Source: Bacteriovoracaceae bacterium (GTDB lineage: Bacteria; Bdellovibrionota; Bacteriovoracia; Bacteriovoracales; Bacteriovoracaceae). Taken from it: 64,000 bases of DNA. How positions within the stretch are numbered: position 1 is the stretch's first letter; each line of letters begins with the position of its first letter. The notes under the pieces were generated by a model, which had not been told where the DNA came from, ran no database searches, and saw nothing but the letters and a program-made list of their open reading frames with translations. Both the position numbers and the translations under genes were made by a program. The stretch covers positions 1 to 64,000 of the forward strand of contig JBLWTJ010000001.1 of the NCBI GenBank assembly GCA_048270185.1, in the 5' to 3' direction. Shown here piece after piece: positions 40,001 through 50,300 of this stretch.

Positions 40001-42512
40001 TGTTTTTAACAAAGTTCTTCTCAGCTTTTGCTTTTTCGACCATCCAGTCAATTGAAGACTTCATGTTACCACCGTATAGGTATACAGAAGCTGATTCAAC
40101 GATTCCGTTTTTAGGGTTATATGAAGGACCACCAAGACCAATAATTGAACTTGAAGTTGCTTTCTCTACCCAGTAGATATGGTTACGTTGTAGATCACCT
40201 AAGTGAGTTTTTTCTGTTACTGGAATAGTTGCTGTTTTTTCAGCACCATCAAGATTGTATGTAACAGTATAGTTCTTTGTCCCTGCTGGAATTGAATCAT
40301 CTTTTTCAATTTCAAGAACGATTACATCTCCACGGCCTTCGTATTGAGTCCCTTTGAATGCTCTCTTAAAACCTTCATTGATATCATCAACAACTTTCTG
40401 AGAAGATAGAATAATCTTATTTCTTAGATCTAATTCAGTCTTAGTTAGAGTTCTAATTTTCTTACCAGTGTGATCGAATTGATCAGAAGGTATACCTGTT
40501 AGAACATACTTGATTTGTTTTCCATTTTTAATATCAAATACCATCGGAAGATCAACTGTTGCATCATGGTCACGTGTTGATTGGCTATATCCTTTTGGAT
40601 CTAACTTACTTCCAGTGAATAAACCAAAATTGAACTTCTTTTGCACTTCATATGAAAGGTCTTGATCCGGACCTTCTTGTACGTGATCGTACTTCATGAA
40701 AGTTGTTCTTTCTTTGAAGTTTAGAGTCTCGTTTTGTGGTCCCCAACCAGATCCACCAAAATCAGCACAGTCATATTGTCCACGCTTATATGTTTTAGAT
40801 AGAGTATAGTTAAGAACGTCGTCCTTGTTATCAACAGTTTGAACGATATTTTCAACTCTTCTTAGTCCTCTTTCTTCACCTGATGTACAAGCATTTTTAA
40901 TGTATCGATCTAGTGCTGTTTGTACATTACCAATTTGATCGTCGCTTAGGTCAACAACTGCAAAGGCAGTCTCATCGTTATGACTTGCAGGAACATAAGA
41001 ATTCTTATTTGTACGACTTGGTCTGAAGTATTCAGCTTCAAATTCCATTAATACTTCTGAGTCAACACTTGTTTTTCCATCTTTTTCAAGAATTGGTGCT
41101 GTTCTCATTACCTTGACGCGATCTGATTCAAATACAAATTTAACAATTTCAACATGGAAAGAGTTCTTTGAACCAGCAAAGCTGTAGTTGAAGATATTTG
41201 GTGCATCTTCAAGTACTCTTCTGAATGTATATTCTTGATTTTTGAATTTTTCAATTGGAAGCCAAGCTTCATTAATTTTATCTTTAAGCTCACTTGCTTC
41301 AACGAATTCTGGTTTATCATCTGACTTCACTAGTTTGATGAATTTTGCACTTTCTGGGTTAGTTGTTGTAATAACCTTTGTCGCTGCAAGAATATCAGAA
41401 TCTTCTTTATTATTGTTGTAAGCAACATCCTTATCATATGTGAAACTTACGTATTTAATATCTTTGCTAAACTCTGATCTTAGGAAACAATCTTCGATTG
41501 CAAGTTTTGCTTTCTTTGCTGTTTCTTCATCACATTGTGATAGGAGAGTGTTGAATTTTTTAGCGATTACAATTTGTAACTCATCATTTGTAAGTTGAGA
41601 ACGATCAAGAGCACGTGCAAAGTATGCTTTTTCTTCTTTGTCATCAACAACGATTTTCATGATATCAGTATCTTGAAATTCATGATTATCAATAAGAGAT
41701 TTATTTTGGAAAGACTCTTCTTCAAGGTAGTCAGATTTAATGTCTTTAATTGTAAAGACAGCTTCTGTTAGAGTCGATTTTCTATAGATCTCTTTAATTG
41801 AATCGATTTCAAGTCCAAAACCACCAGCGTATGTTCTATTCTTTAGAAGCGGGTCTAGTTTGAAGTGAGTTGATTCACCCTTTGTTCTTTCTGTATATTT
41901 AATATTTCTTGTTTCTTCATCAAGGTCATTTTTGATTTTCTCTCTAATAACGAAATCAACACCATATTGAAATAGTGGAATCCCATCCTCAAGCTCTGCA
42001 GCATTTAATGGTAGGAAGTCTCTTACGATTTTCTTATCTTTTTTATCGTCTCTTCCATTGTTAAGAGAATTTGCAATAAAAGTTCCAACAGACTCATCTA
42101 CTGGTGTCATTGTTGCAACAAGGTAGTTATTTGTTAGCTTGAACTTAATTTTAAAGCGCTTTCCTTCTTCTCCTGCAGGAATTAGTAGATCCTTAAGTAG
42201 AATACGGTAACTATCATCATTGATACTCTCAATTTCTGTTGTAAATAAGTTAGATCCTTCTGAACCTAAGCTTCCAACAACATCACTAACAGCAATATTA
42301 TTCTTTACTAAGTCTTCCTGTTTGGCTTGGCCAAGTGAGACAACGATTGCTTCGGCCGACGTAACTGTCGACATCGCTCTTACTTGCTCTTCTGCGCGAT
42401 CTGGTTCGTTTTCAGGTAAAGTCTTAGCACAACTCGACATGATTGCAGCAAGTGCAAATGCATGTGTGAGTCCTCTTAGCATGCTTGGTCTTTCGTTTTT
42501 CGTTTTTTTCAT
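37038..42512 (-). CDS. Giant lipoprotein zinc metalloprotease (metzincin, EcxA/DUF4953-like)
   Basis: Lipobox MSSC, HEIGHNLGLRH zinc motif, SSVMDY Met-turn, GPSYNPKNGIVESA. Confidence 0.88.
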   Translation of the reverse strand: MKKTKNERPSMLRGLTHAFALAAIMSSCAKTLPENEPDRAEEQVRAMSTVTSAEAIVVSLGQAKQEDLVKNNIAVSDVVGSLGSEGSNLFTTEIESINDDSYRILLKDLLIPAGEEGKRFKIKFKLTNNYLVATMTPVDESVGTFIANSLNNGRDDKKDKKIVRDFLPLNAAELEDGIPLFQYGVDFVIREKIKNDLDEETRNIKYTERTKGESTHFKLDPLLKNRTYAGGFGLEIDSIKEIYRKSTLTEAVFTIKDIKSDYLEEESFQNKSLIDNHEFQDTDIMKIVVDDKEEKAYFARALDRSQLTNDELQIVIAKKFNTLLSQCDEETAKKAKLAIEDCFLRSEFSKDIKYVSFTYDKDVAYNNNKEDSDILAATKVITTTNPESAKFIKLVKSDDKPEFVEASELKDKINEAWLPIEKFKNQEYTFRRVLEDAPNIFNYSFAGSKNSFHVEIVKFVFESDRVKVMRTAPILEKDGKTSVDSEVLMEFEAEYFRPSRTNKNSYVPASHNDETAFAVVDLSDDQIGNVQTALDRYIKNACTSGEERGLRRVENIVQTVDNKDDVLNYTLSKTYKRGQYDCADFGGSGWGPQNETLNFKERTTFMKYDHVQEGPDQDLSYEVQKKFNFGLFTGSKLDPKGYSQSTRDHDATVDLPMVFDIKNGKQIKYVLTGIPSDQFDHTGKKIRTLTKTELDLRNKIILSSQKVVDDINEGFKRAFKGTQYEGRGDVIVLEIEKDDSIPAGTKNYTVTYNLDGAEKTATIPVTEKTHLGDLQRNHIYWVEKATSSSIIGLGGPSYNPKNGIVESASVYLYGGNMKSSIDWMVEKAKAEKNFVKNMTPSKQLESLVAQSNQAAIQKALADHEAKKAAAQAQAQAQQDTIEVEVEGELNTVPNSKEKIEINSHRHGIAHHNFKSNLLNRIKVPNIANRMSKIKDAHRLMKNDFKASQYDEEEALSHFSQASEKDSKALHNAWKAVANKDEVALAKAIYGEDSVEAKRAEIVHSMNYDENGRKTPICNHESAQFALSNLAKNYDVLEMAKTNEGKNDILIDIWMPTLAHEIGHNLGLRHNFIGSFDKKNWLFPGEKESKRTSSSVMDYTIDDHATYDGLAPYDVYALRAAYTGMVELDDYTSTPITSKSINGKTVKVTPVESEFEKGMYYHLVKIQDVIDALMGETGNPADISKRAIMAQANLKRIKFCSDEDAGDTPQCQRHDFGASFEEIVDYEIQDYRQMYEYIYFPGQRQNFTGGAAFEWALNKFFKLRMLNEEVFYHLIYTPELFAGTDQAAHDATTNDLVNATIKSMFFFQSVVATPEVSPGVGLATQAQRNKRFVETIAPSQTVVKADDGTELEVNISKAMVVETKWNESYSVDNISSRARNRGIEYDKAAALIALTQSESYSYRYLSNSLRIPYQLLEQYLFGIDIKDSITQATVNQVLSGTVTPLVYDSETGRNVALDSAFKVEIGEVETNYAAMGGLLYGNIDTFEQTANPARAYWVSHINKQDLLTNRFTGADGNEYEVTEDFVAEKSDRRRAYVPYSEDSYVSGSLISKAAVMQAIVHDERWSEIFTQWEKMHVAASQLANSEPAPGATLETLAAAKKALDDASAVGEPQAIAQALQATYSQVNALIGDQVTQLEAYKVMRELMKRGGQYFVNAQFNTMLAELGFGGATVNDILNVMAQNVLPELISIANCEYDDQYCQIEDLVQLGAGNKAAYLQRKKENILNAISMPQLTEDGYSIVLPLVARVMEGLNANEQMKLGTVYLRQYTDNATIQQNMQQDAVFTEILNGAKATKTVESSYGDIKRNVKLLGLYLRIINPMEGK

Positions 42513-42565
42513 TTCTCTTACTACCTTGTTTGTTTTTTTCTTTCTCTTTTTTCTTAAATATATTT

Positions 42566-43405
42566 TTAAATCTTAATTGTTAGTGACGCGTATACAGATG
42601 AGTCCCGCTCATCAAAGAACTCGATTTCAGTTTTTCTCCCGTTTGGAGATAGGGGAGAACCCCCAAACTCATGTCCTACTTCTAAGTTAAATGCTGATGT
42701 AAAACTGTAGCCGACGGCCTGTGAAAATGAATAAAGGTCTTTAGTATTATTTTCATAAGTCCAACCTTTCATGTAAGTTCCACCTAGATTAAAGTAGAGC
42801 TTATCTGTTGCACTATATGTAAGGTAAGCAACTCCTGATAGTGAATAAGATGTATTTGATCTTCCCGTAAGCGAAGTTTTGAACTCATGGAAATTCTTAG
42901 TTGCTCCTAGTATCGTCAGAATTGAAAAGTTCTTAAGAGGAAGGATCTCATCAGAAATAGAAATACCTTCAGATAGACTTACTCCTGTTCTTAGTTTTGC
43001 GTAGTCTTTTGATCCCTCACTTGTTGGGATCTTAAAAGATAGGGAACCGAATGAAACAATACCCTTTGTTGGTGATGCCACATTTCGTGAGAATGAGAAT
43101 GATGAATCACCCATATAAGCTTCTCGCTCATTCGTGAGCTCCTTTGAAAATGAAGTCTTAGCACTGATACTTCCAAAGCCAGTTACATAACCAAACTTCA
43201 AAGAGTTTTGAGTACTTGCTGAGTGCTGTGTATCACTTGTCTTTAAAAGATCTCTTGAAATTGTTGAGTCAACTCGTAGTGACCATCTCTTCTTGTCTTC
43301 GAGTCCTTTTTTGACACTCGCAACATTACTGGTACTACTTTGCGCCACTGCTGTTGCAGAAGTAAACGCTAATAAAATTAATGACATACACTTAAATAGT
43401 GTCAC
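42566..43405 (-). CDS. Putative outer-membrane beta-barrel protein
   Basis: AGGAG RBS before GTG 43405, signal peptide (AVA), alternating amphipathic strands, C-terminal YASLTIKI. Confidence 0.7.
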   Translation of the reverse strand: MTLFKCMSLILLAFTSATAVAQSSTSNVASVKKGLEDKKRWSLRVDSTISRDLLKTSDTQHSASTQNSLKFGYVTGFGSISAKTSFSKELTNEREAYMGDSSFSFSRNVASPTKGIVSFGSLSFKIPTSEGSKDYAKLRTGVSLSEGISISDEILPLKNFSILTILGATKNFHEFKTSLTGRSNTSYSLSGVAYLTYSATDKLYFNLGGTYMKGWTYENNTKDLYSFSQAVGYSFTSAFNLEVGHEFGGSPLSPNGRKTEIEFFDERDSSVYASLTIKI

Positions 43406-43452
43406 ATTGTCTCCTTTTCTCACCCTGAAAATTCAAATAGTCTAGTACTTGA

Positions 43453-43468
43453 TGCAAATAGTATGCCA
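43453..43468 (-). promoter_or_regulatory. sigma54 (-24/-12) promoter
   Basis: Minus strand TGGCATACTATTTGCA with exact GG-N10-GC spacing, ~50 nt upstream of GTG 43405. Confidence 0.75.
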
Positions 43469-43634
43469 TTCGTTCAAGTACGTTCAGGTTCGAGTTTCAG
43501 TGTAAGTATATAACTTTACGCATTATGTAGAGGCAATTTTGAAAAATCTATAATGGGTGTGTATGAATTATGCACATATGACTGAAGAACGAGCATTTTC
43601 AAATGAATAATATTGATGAGTTGCACGAGATATT

Positions 43635-43765
43635 AAAAGAGGGGCCATTGGAGATGACCCCCCGTTACACCTAGGTCCCAAAAAGAGAGAGGGATTATGA
43701 GGGATATTAGGACCTAAATGAAATGTAACCAAAAATAACACGAAGTACGCGGTGCGTTATCTTCT
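43635..43765 (-). ncRNA. Candidate three-hairpin sRNA with CU-rich loop
   Basis: Three stems whose mismatches become G-U pairs only on the minus strand; last is terminator GGGGUCAU/AUGGCCCC-UCUUUU. Confidence 0.55.
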
Positions 43766-43832
43766 CTTAATGAGTATGCTTTATAAACGGCTAGAGTGAT
43801 AGAGAAATTAAGTTAATTTTGTTTAATTGAAG

Positions 43833-44519
43833 TTAAAGAAATCTCTTAAGAATGCCACTTGTTAGCATCTCTTTAAAGCCCACTTCATTTTCATTCCAGA
43901 CTTGCTCAAGTGTGACGCCGCTATCAAGGGTTGGACATTCAAATGTGAGAACAGGGCTTTTTAGATCAACACTTCCATATGTTCCAAGTGAACCAGGTGT
44001 TGGATAGCCGATATCGTCGGCAACAGGGTAGTTATTATGCTTTGCTAGTAGCTGCGCTACATCTTGGCAGTCACCGTTGTAGTTTATAATTGGCTTCCAT
44101 GAGTGGATCGATAGAATGAAGGCCGGAGGGTAGACTTTAAAGAGCTGATCTAGGTATTGGTTTTCAGGCTCACTAAGAGGGGCCTTGCCTGGATTGTACT
44201 TATCTTCTGTGTACTCGCTCTCCCAACTGGCCGTCGGCAGATTGCGATTGAGATCAACTCCATTAGCATTGATACGAGTTCCTGCCGCAACACCATCGAC
44301 ATTGACGATTGGTATCACTACAAGTGGAAGATCTATCTGAGTACTATCAAGCTCTTTTAGCCATGAATAGATTTCTTTTAGACAATGGACGCCTTCGACT
44401 TCATCACCGTGTACTCCGGCCATGAGATAAATATAGCGTGGAGCCTCAAGTTTATTCTTGAAGGATTGGATTTCTTGGCCGTTTACTGATTTTCCAGAGT
44501 CTAATTTTATAAATTCCAT
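43833..44519 (-). CDS. Murein peptide amidase A-like M14 zinc carboxypeptidase
   Basis: GVHGDE, NANGVDLNRN, SEPE, SIH, GYPTPGSLG. Confidence 0.88.
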   Translation of the reverse strand: MEFIKLDSGKSVNGQEIQSFKNKLEAPRYIYLMAGVHGDEVEGVHCLKEIYSWLKELDSTQIDLPLVVIPIVNVDGVAAGTRINANGVDLNRNLPTASWESEYTEDKYNPGKAPLSEPENQYLDQLFKVYPPAFILSIHSWKPIINYNGDCQDVAQLLAKHNNYPVADDIGYPTPGSLGTYGSVDLKSPVLTFECPTLDSGVTLEQVWNENEVGFKEMLTSGILKRFL

Positions 44520-44592
44520 AAAGAAATTGTGGTTGAAGTTTTCTTTTTTGTAAATGAAGTTTTATACTTATGTTTTAAGGATTGGATAATTA

Positions 44593-45231
44593 ATGAAGAA
44601 ACAAAATATTTATAAAGTTTTAGATTACCTAGAAAGCGTTTTAGATACTCAGGATGATCATGATGCCCTTGAGCAATTAAGAGAAAGTGTTGATTTACTA
44701 GAAGATATAGATACTGGTGTTTCAAGTGCTATTGGTGGCTTTGCAATTGCTTCAGAGGCCCAAGGTGCATACACTGTCTATAGTGATGGAGGATGTCGCG
44801 GAAATCCTGGACCTGGTGCGTGGGGTGCCATGGGACAATCGCCTGATGGAAAAGTGTTCTTTGAGAGTTCAGGCTTTGAATTTCATACAACTAATAACAG
44901 AATGGAGTTAACCGGGGCCATTGAATCCCTGCGTTCATTAGAAAATGAATTAGAAGAGCAAGGCCTGGGCCTTGATCATCCAGCTTTTCTTTATAGTGAT
45001 TCAAAATATGTCGTGGACGGTATTTCAAAGTGGGTTCCAGGCTGGAAGGCCCGTGGATGGAAAAAGGCCGATAAGAAAACCCCTGAGAACGTCGAGTTAT
45101 GGCAAAGCTTTGATGAAATGGCCGCAAAATTCTCAAACCTCTCGTTTCGCTGGGTAAAGGGTCATAGTGGACACCCTCAGAATGAGCATTGTGATCAATT
45201 GGCAAATAAGGCCATGGATGAAAATATTTAA
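44593..45231 (+). CDS. rnhA: Ribonuclease HI with N-terminal extension
   Basis: SDGGCRGNPGPG, TTNNRMEL, DSKYV, WVKGHSG..NE..D. Confidence 0.95.
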   Translation: MKKQNIYKVLDYLESVLDTQDDHDALEQLRESVDLLEDIDTGVSSAIGGFAIASEAQGAYTVYSDGGCRGNPGPGAWGAMGQSPDGKVFFESSGFEFHTTNNRMELTGAIESLRSLENELEEQGLGLDHPAFLYSDSKYVVDGISKWVPGWKARGWKKADKKTPENVELWQSFDEMAAKFSNLSFRWVKGHSGHPQNEHCDQLANKAMDENI

Positions 45232-45311
45232 GCTTGAAAAGCAAGTTAAAGGCAATTAACCTATTATAGAAAACTTTATTAAAGTAGATCAATTTATACA
45301 AAGGATGTTAA

Positions 45312-45995
45312 ATGAAGAAACTACTAGCGACAATGGCATTAGCGCCATTACTATTCGTTTCATGTAGCAAGAATGCTGAAGTGAAGCCAGAAACTGAAAA
45401 CGATAAAATCTTCTACTCTGTCGGTCACGTTTACGGTGCTCGTTTCAAAGATTTCAAACTAACTGACAAAGAAATTGCTAACCTTATTCAAGGGGTTCGT
45501 GATGGAGCAGCAAATAAAGATACTGGAATTGATACAAGAAAATTTGCTTTCAAATTCAGAGATGTTGTTAATGCAAGAATGAGTGAAGTTTCTAAGACTG
45601 AAAAAGATGCTGGAGCAAAATTCTTAGAAGAATTTGTTACTAAAGAAGGTGCTAAGAAGACTGAATCTGGTCTTGCTTACAAAATCATTGAAGCTGGTTC
45701 AAGCAAGAAAGCTAAGCCAACTGATACAGTAAAAGTTCATTATAAAGGAACTCTTAGAGATGGTACTGAATTTGATTCATCTTACAAAAGAAATAAGCCA
45801 ATTGAATTCCCATTAAATAGAGTTATCAAAGGTTGGACTGAAGGGATGCAACTTATTGGTGAAGGTGGAAAGATCAAACTAGTTATTCCATCTGAGCTTG
45901 CTTATGGCGATCAAGGTGCTCCTCCATCAATTCCAGGTGGTGCAACACTTACTTTTGAAGTTGAACTAATTGAAGTTCTACCAGCAAAGAAATAA
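45312..45995 (+). CDS. FKBP-type peptidyl-prolyl isomerase lipoprotein (Mip/FkpA-like)
   Basis: Lipobox [31 protein letters not shown]. Confidence 0.95.
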   Translation: MKKLLATMALAPLLFVSCSKNAEVKPETENDKIFYSVGHVYGARFKDFKLTDKEIANLIQGVRDGAANKDTGIDTRKFAFKFRDVVNARMSEVSKTEKDAGAKFLEEFVTKEGAKKTESGLAYKIIEAGSSKKAKPTDTVKVHYKGTLRDGTEFDSSYKRNKPIEFPLNRVIKGWTEGMQLIGEGGKIKLVIPSELAYGDQGAPPSIPGGATLTFEVELIEVLPAKK

Positions 45996-46024
45996 TTAGT
46001 TAAAATATTACTAAATACCTCGAT

Positions 46025-46063
46025 GGGCCTTCTTAAGTTTACTTAATGAAGGCCTATTTTTTT
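46025..46063 (+). terminator. Intrinsic terminator
   Basis: GGCCTTC...GAAGGCC plus T7. Confidence 0.7.
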
Positions 46064-46144
46064 GTCATCACTAAGACATTTGATCTTCATTGTGTTCTCC
46101 TAGATTGTAACTAGAAATTTTTATCAATTTTACGGAGGATACTG

Positions 46145-46294
46145 GTGAAAACTTTTCTTGTTCTAGTCTTACTTATTGGGCCACTTTCACAAGATGCTTA
46201 TGCAAAGCACTCTCGTCACAAAGGAGAGTCTTTTTTTCAATATATTATAAGAATTTTGATTAAACCTTCTGTTCCCCACGATAGAGAGAATTAA
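46145..46294 (+). CDS. Small secreted peptide (49 aa), not in ORF track
   Basis: GGAGG RBS, GTG start, MKTFLVLVLLIGPLSQDAYA|KHSRHKGESFFQYIIRILIKPSVPHDREN. Confidence 0.6.
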   Translation: MKTFLVLVLLIGPLSQDAYAKHSRHKGESFFQYIIRILIKPSVPHDREN

Positions 46295-46300
46295 GGTCTT

Positions 46301-47254
46301 TTAGAAAGCGTAACCGACACTTAGTCCAAGTAAAGTCATGTCTGTTGATTGCTGAAAGCCATCGGCGAATTCTTCACTTGATTGGAGTGCTTCAAAATTC
46401 ACTTTAAAGATCAGGGATTGATTTGTTGATATTTTATATTCAAGTCCTAGACTTACAGAAGGAAGCAGAATGGCAGTTCCAACTCTTGCCGTATTTTGAA
46501 TCTCTGTTTGTGAACGTCCAAAACCGGCTCCAATGCTAACAAAGTAGCTAAATCGATAGCTCCAGTCATTTTGAAATGAAAACTTTAAATCGGCCGTTCC
46601 CATCATTCTCATCGATTCTTGCTCAACACTAGGGTTTGTCAGTGTTAAAAGATCGGTATCATAACGTCCGCCTAGAATTAGCTGAATTGTTTGATTAAAG
46701 GGAATAGCGTAATGGAGTTGAAAACTATCTCCAGTTCTTGAACCATCATTATTTGTACTATCTGTCGTTGATTCACTAAGTCCTTGGTTCTTTGCGTAAA
46801 AGAATTCAAAACGATTTTCATATTTAATGTATTGCCTTTCTCTAAGAGCACTTTCTTCTTTGGCCAATAGCTGTTGATAATTCTCATCACCAAGTATCTT
46901 TGGAATTTCTAGCCATACTCTTTCAGGTGAATAATTTACTGTAACGATATCACCTTTTTCAAAAGGAACTTTTATATTGTTGTCACTTACTAACCATTGG
47001 GAATACTCTTTTGTGATTGATAGAGCACGGGCCGTGAATGAGATTGATTTATTTGAAAATAGGGAAGTTTGACCTTTGATAATTCCATCGGCCAGTCCTT
47101 TTCTTATGATGAAAGACAAACCGTCATTTGCTATTTTTTGAACAACGACAAGGTTTGTATTGAGTCTCTTATCTTGTGCTAAAGAGTTATGAGATGAAAA
47201 GAGAATGAAGGCAGTGACCACAAAAGATTGCAAAATACGATTTAGCTTGTTCAT
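46301..47254 (-). CDS. Outer-membrane beta-barrel protein with extra N-terminal domain
   Basis: Signal peptide, amphipathic strands, C-terminal LSVGYAF. Confidence 0.75.
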   Translation of the reverse strand: MNKLNRILQSFVVTAFILFSSHNSLAQDKRLNTNLVVVQKIANDGLSFIIRKGLADGIIKGQTSLFSNKSISFTARALSITKEYSQWLVSDNNIKVPFEKGDIVTVNYSPERVWLEIPKILGDENYQQLLAKEESALRERQYIKYENRFEFFYAKNQGLSESTTDSTNNDGSRTGDSFQLHYAIPFNQTIQLILGGRYDTDLLTLTNPSVEQESMRMMGTADLKFSFQNDWSYRFSYFVSIGAGFGRSQTEIQNTARVGTAILLPSVSLGLEYKISTNQSLIFKVNFEALQSSEEFADGFQQSTDMTLLGLSVGYAF

Positions 47255-47353
47255 AGTCTTATTTTATAGGTAAAGCCAAGTTTAGGTAATCATTGAAAAA
47301 ATCTCCGTAATCATCTATTTACCTGAGTTATGTACTACAGTAATATTAATAGT

Positions 47354-47380
47354 TTAACTTTATTTATTAATCTCCGATAT
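47354..47380 (+). promoter_or_regulatory. sigma28 (FliA)-like promoter
   Basis: TTAA-N15-TCCGATAT upstream of the fibre gene. Confidence 0.5.
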
Positions 47381-47394
47381 GAATTTAGGGATTT

Positions 47395-50300
47395 ATGAAT
47401 ATGAGAATAAAAATTTTAATTTTACCATTTATTTTACTTGCTCTTGCTTCTTGTCAGCCGGCCGGAAATACTAGTCGTTTGGATAGTAATTCGTCGAATA
47501 CAACTGATTTAAGTAAGAAGCATCAGATCTCTCTAATTGAAGTTTCTTCTAATCAATTAATTCTTAATGGAACAAATCTAAATACTGTTTCAGCAGTAAA
47601 GACTAAGTATGGCCCTCAGGTCATCAATTTAAATATTTTATCCAAAACGGCCAATATGGTGAGACTCTCTATTCCAAATGGAATGAAATTAGTTGCTGGA
47701 TATCTTTATGATCTTGTTGTTACTGATGCCTTTGGACAATCGACGACAACAATCAGCTTTGATGTCCAAGATGATTCGATTTCGACGAGTAAAATCCAAG
47801 ATGGCAGTATTACGAATTCAAAGCTTGGTTCTTTAGGAGCGACGACGGCGGGACAACTCCTGCAATATGATGGTGCAGATTGGGTTGCTGTTGATTACGT
47901 TGGTGGAAATAATTATCTTGGAAGAATTGTTCTTGCGCCAAGTGGTTCTGTGCTTCCTTTATCGACATCAGGCTTTAATAATGGTGACTTCTACGTTATT
48001 AACGATGCTTCTGCTGTTGTAGGGGATGTGAATGATCCAGCAGGAGTTGGAGCGATAACGTACAATCCTGGAGATATTATTCGCCTTAATACAGCTTTAT
48101 CAACTCCTGAGTGGGAGTTACAGTCAAGTGGTACATCTTACGTTGGTCCATGGAGTGTTAGTGGATCAAATATTCGAAGAGTGTCTTCTAATAAAGTCAC
48201 AATCCATAATACCGCATATGATGGTCCAGCAATGTTTAATGTTGGTACTGATTCGGCAGCTTCCGCAACAATTGAGGATAGCTCTCTAATTAGTATTGCT
48301 GGTAATGTTGCATCAGGGGCCGGTCAATGGTCGAGAGCGATGTCTTTTGGTCTAAGAGATGAAAGATATGCAACGATGGGGGTTATGGGTTCTAACTCTG
48401 GCTTTGGTACAGCAGGTGATTACTTTTATATTGATGTTGATGGAGCAGGGAGTCCTTCAGGAACACCGTGGCTTAATGCAGATTTCTATATTGCAATGAA
48501 TGGTTATACCTATTTAGGAATGATTCCAGATGGTTCAAGCTATCGACTAAATGTAAATGGTGATACAAGAATTCATGATGATCTTGATGTCGATGGGAAT
48601 ATTGTCGCATCATCTTTCACTGGTGATGGCTCTGGGATTACAAATGTTAATGCGACTAATATGACGAACTCTTCAACGATGACACTTCAAGGTGGAACAA
48701 GTGGAAGTGGAAATATTGCATTTCAATCAAATACTTCTGACTTTGCCGTCTTTGATTCTCAGGGGTATCTATCCTTTGGACATAATAATGCGAACTCAAC
48801 AGACTATACGGCAACAGCTCAGATTGATGTAAGAAGTAATTCTGAAGATGTTGTTGGTCAGTTTTATTCATATGATGGCAACCAATCTTCCATCAATTTA
48901 GGTTCATCTCAAGGTTTAACGACAGGTCCTGTTGCTACTGCTACTGGAGATTCTCTTGGTTCAATTAACTTTGGAGGGGATAATAGTACTGGAATTGTAA
49001 GTTCTTCAAATATTACTTCACGTGCAACAGAAAACTTTGCTGCTGGTAATCTTGGATCAGAACTAGCATTTAGTACAACTCCAAATACAACAAATACACC
49101 TGTTGAAAGTATGAAGTTATCGCACGATGGGCGTCTTCTTGTTGGTGTACCTGCCTTAAGTGATACTTCAGCTAATTCGTTAGTTGTTGGTGGAGATACT
49201 CTATTAGATGGTGATATGAGAAATACTGGTCTTTCAACTTTTTTCAATATTGATTTAGGTGGTACTTTTACACAAACAGGTGGTGGAGTTGTGAGTCTTG
49301 ATGGGCCATTAACTTCGACAAATAATATCACCGGAGCAAATGTAACTTCCACTGGTGGTATGACAAACACAGGTGTTCTACAGAATTTTGGTAATGCTAA
49401 TGTTATTGGTGACCTTGAAGTTACTGGTACAACAACATTCAACGGTAATATTAATCTTAATGGAGATATTGCGCTTCAAAATCTTACTGTTAATACGATT
49501 GGCGGTAATACTTCATCGAGTACAGCAAGTTTTGGGACCATTACGGCAGTTAGTAAACTAATTGGTGTTGGAGATTCGAATAATTCAATTCTAAAAGGTG
49601 GTTCGGCCAATAACTTTGAAGTTAACTTGGGCCCAACTGAAATAAAGGTTGGTAACGTTAACACTGGTGGAACAGTTACAACAGCTATTCCACTTGCTCT
49701 TTATACAAACGATACAGCTCGTTTACATATTTCGACAGCAGGTGATGTCGGTATTGGTACTACAACACCAACTCAGGCCCTCGATGTAAATGGAAATATT
49801 ACAGCAACTCAATTATGTATTGGAACGGATTGTCGCTCAGTTTGGCCTGATACTCTAACTGATATTGCTGATGGTGTTACAATTGAAGAAAATGGCGCAA
49901 ATAAATTACAAGTTGTAGCCGGGAGTATTCAAAACTCTCACCTGGCCTCGGGAATTGATGCAAGTAAGATAACAACTGGAGCAATAAATGATTCTCTTTT
50001 AGGTCCAACTGTATCTAAATTAGGTCAAACGATAGAGTCTTCAGAAATCACTGATGCAACAATTGTAAATGCTGATATTAATGCCGCAGCTCAAATTGCA
50101 TGGAGTAAGATTAATAATAGTGGTGTCATCACAAATGCAAATATCCACCCTACAGCAGCTATTGATTACGCAAAATTAAATATTGCAGATGGTGCTATCC
50201 CTTACGCAAAACTAAGTGTTGCTGATGGAGATATACCTTATGCTAAGTTGACTGTCGCTGATGGAGATATACCTTATGCTAAGTTGACTGTCGCTGATGG

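Noticed and set aside
43697..43717. Tiny + strand ORF MRDIRT after a GAGGG motif
   Set aside because: Six codons only; it is the complement of the CU-rich loop of the minus-strand RNA candidate
48909..49442. Long antisense or alternate-frame ORFs (also 17591-17956, 31787-32077, 44891-45301, 57517-57972 and similar)
   Set aside because: Shadow ORFs over well-supported genes, with no RBS or recognisable motifs
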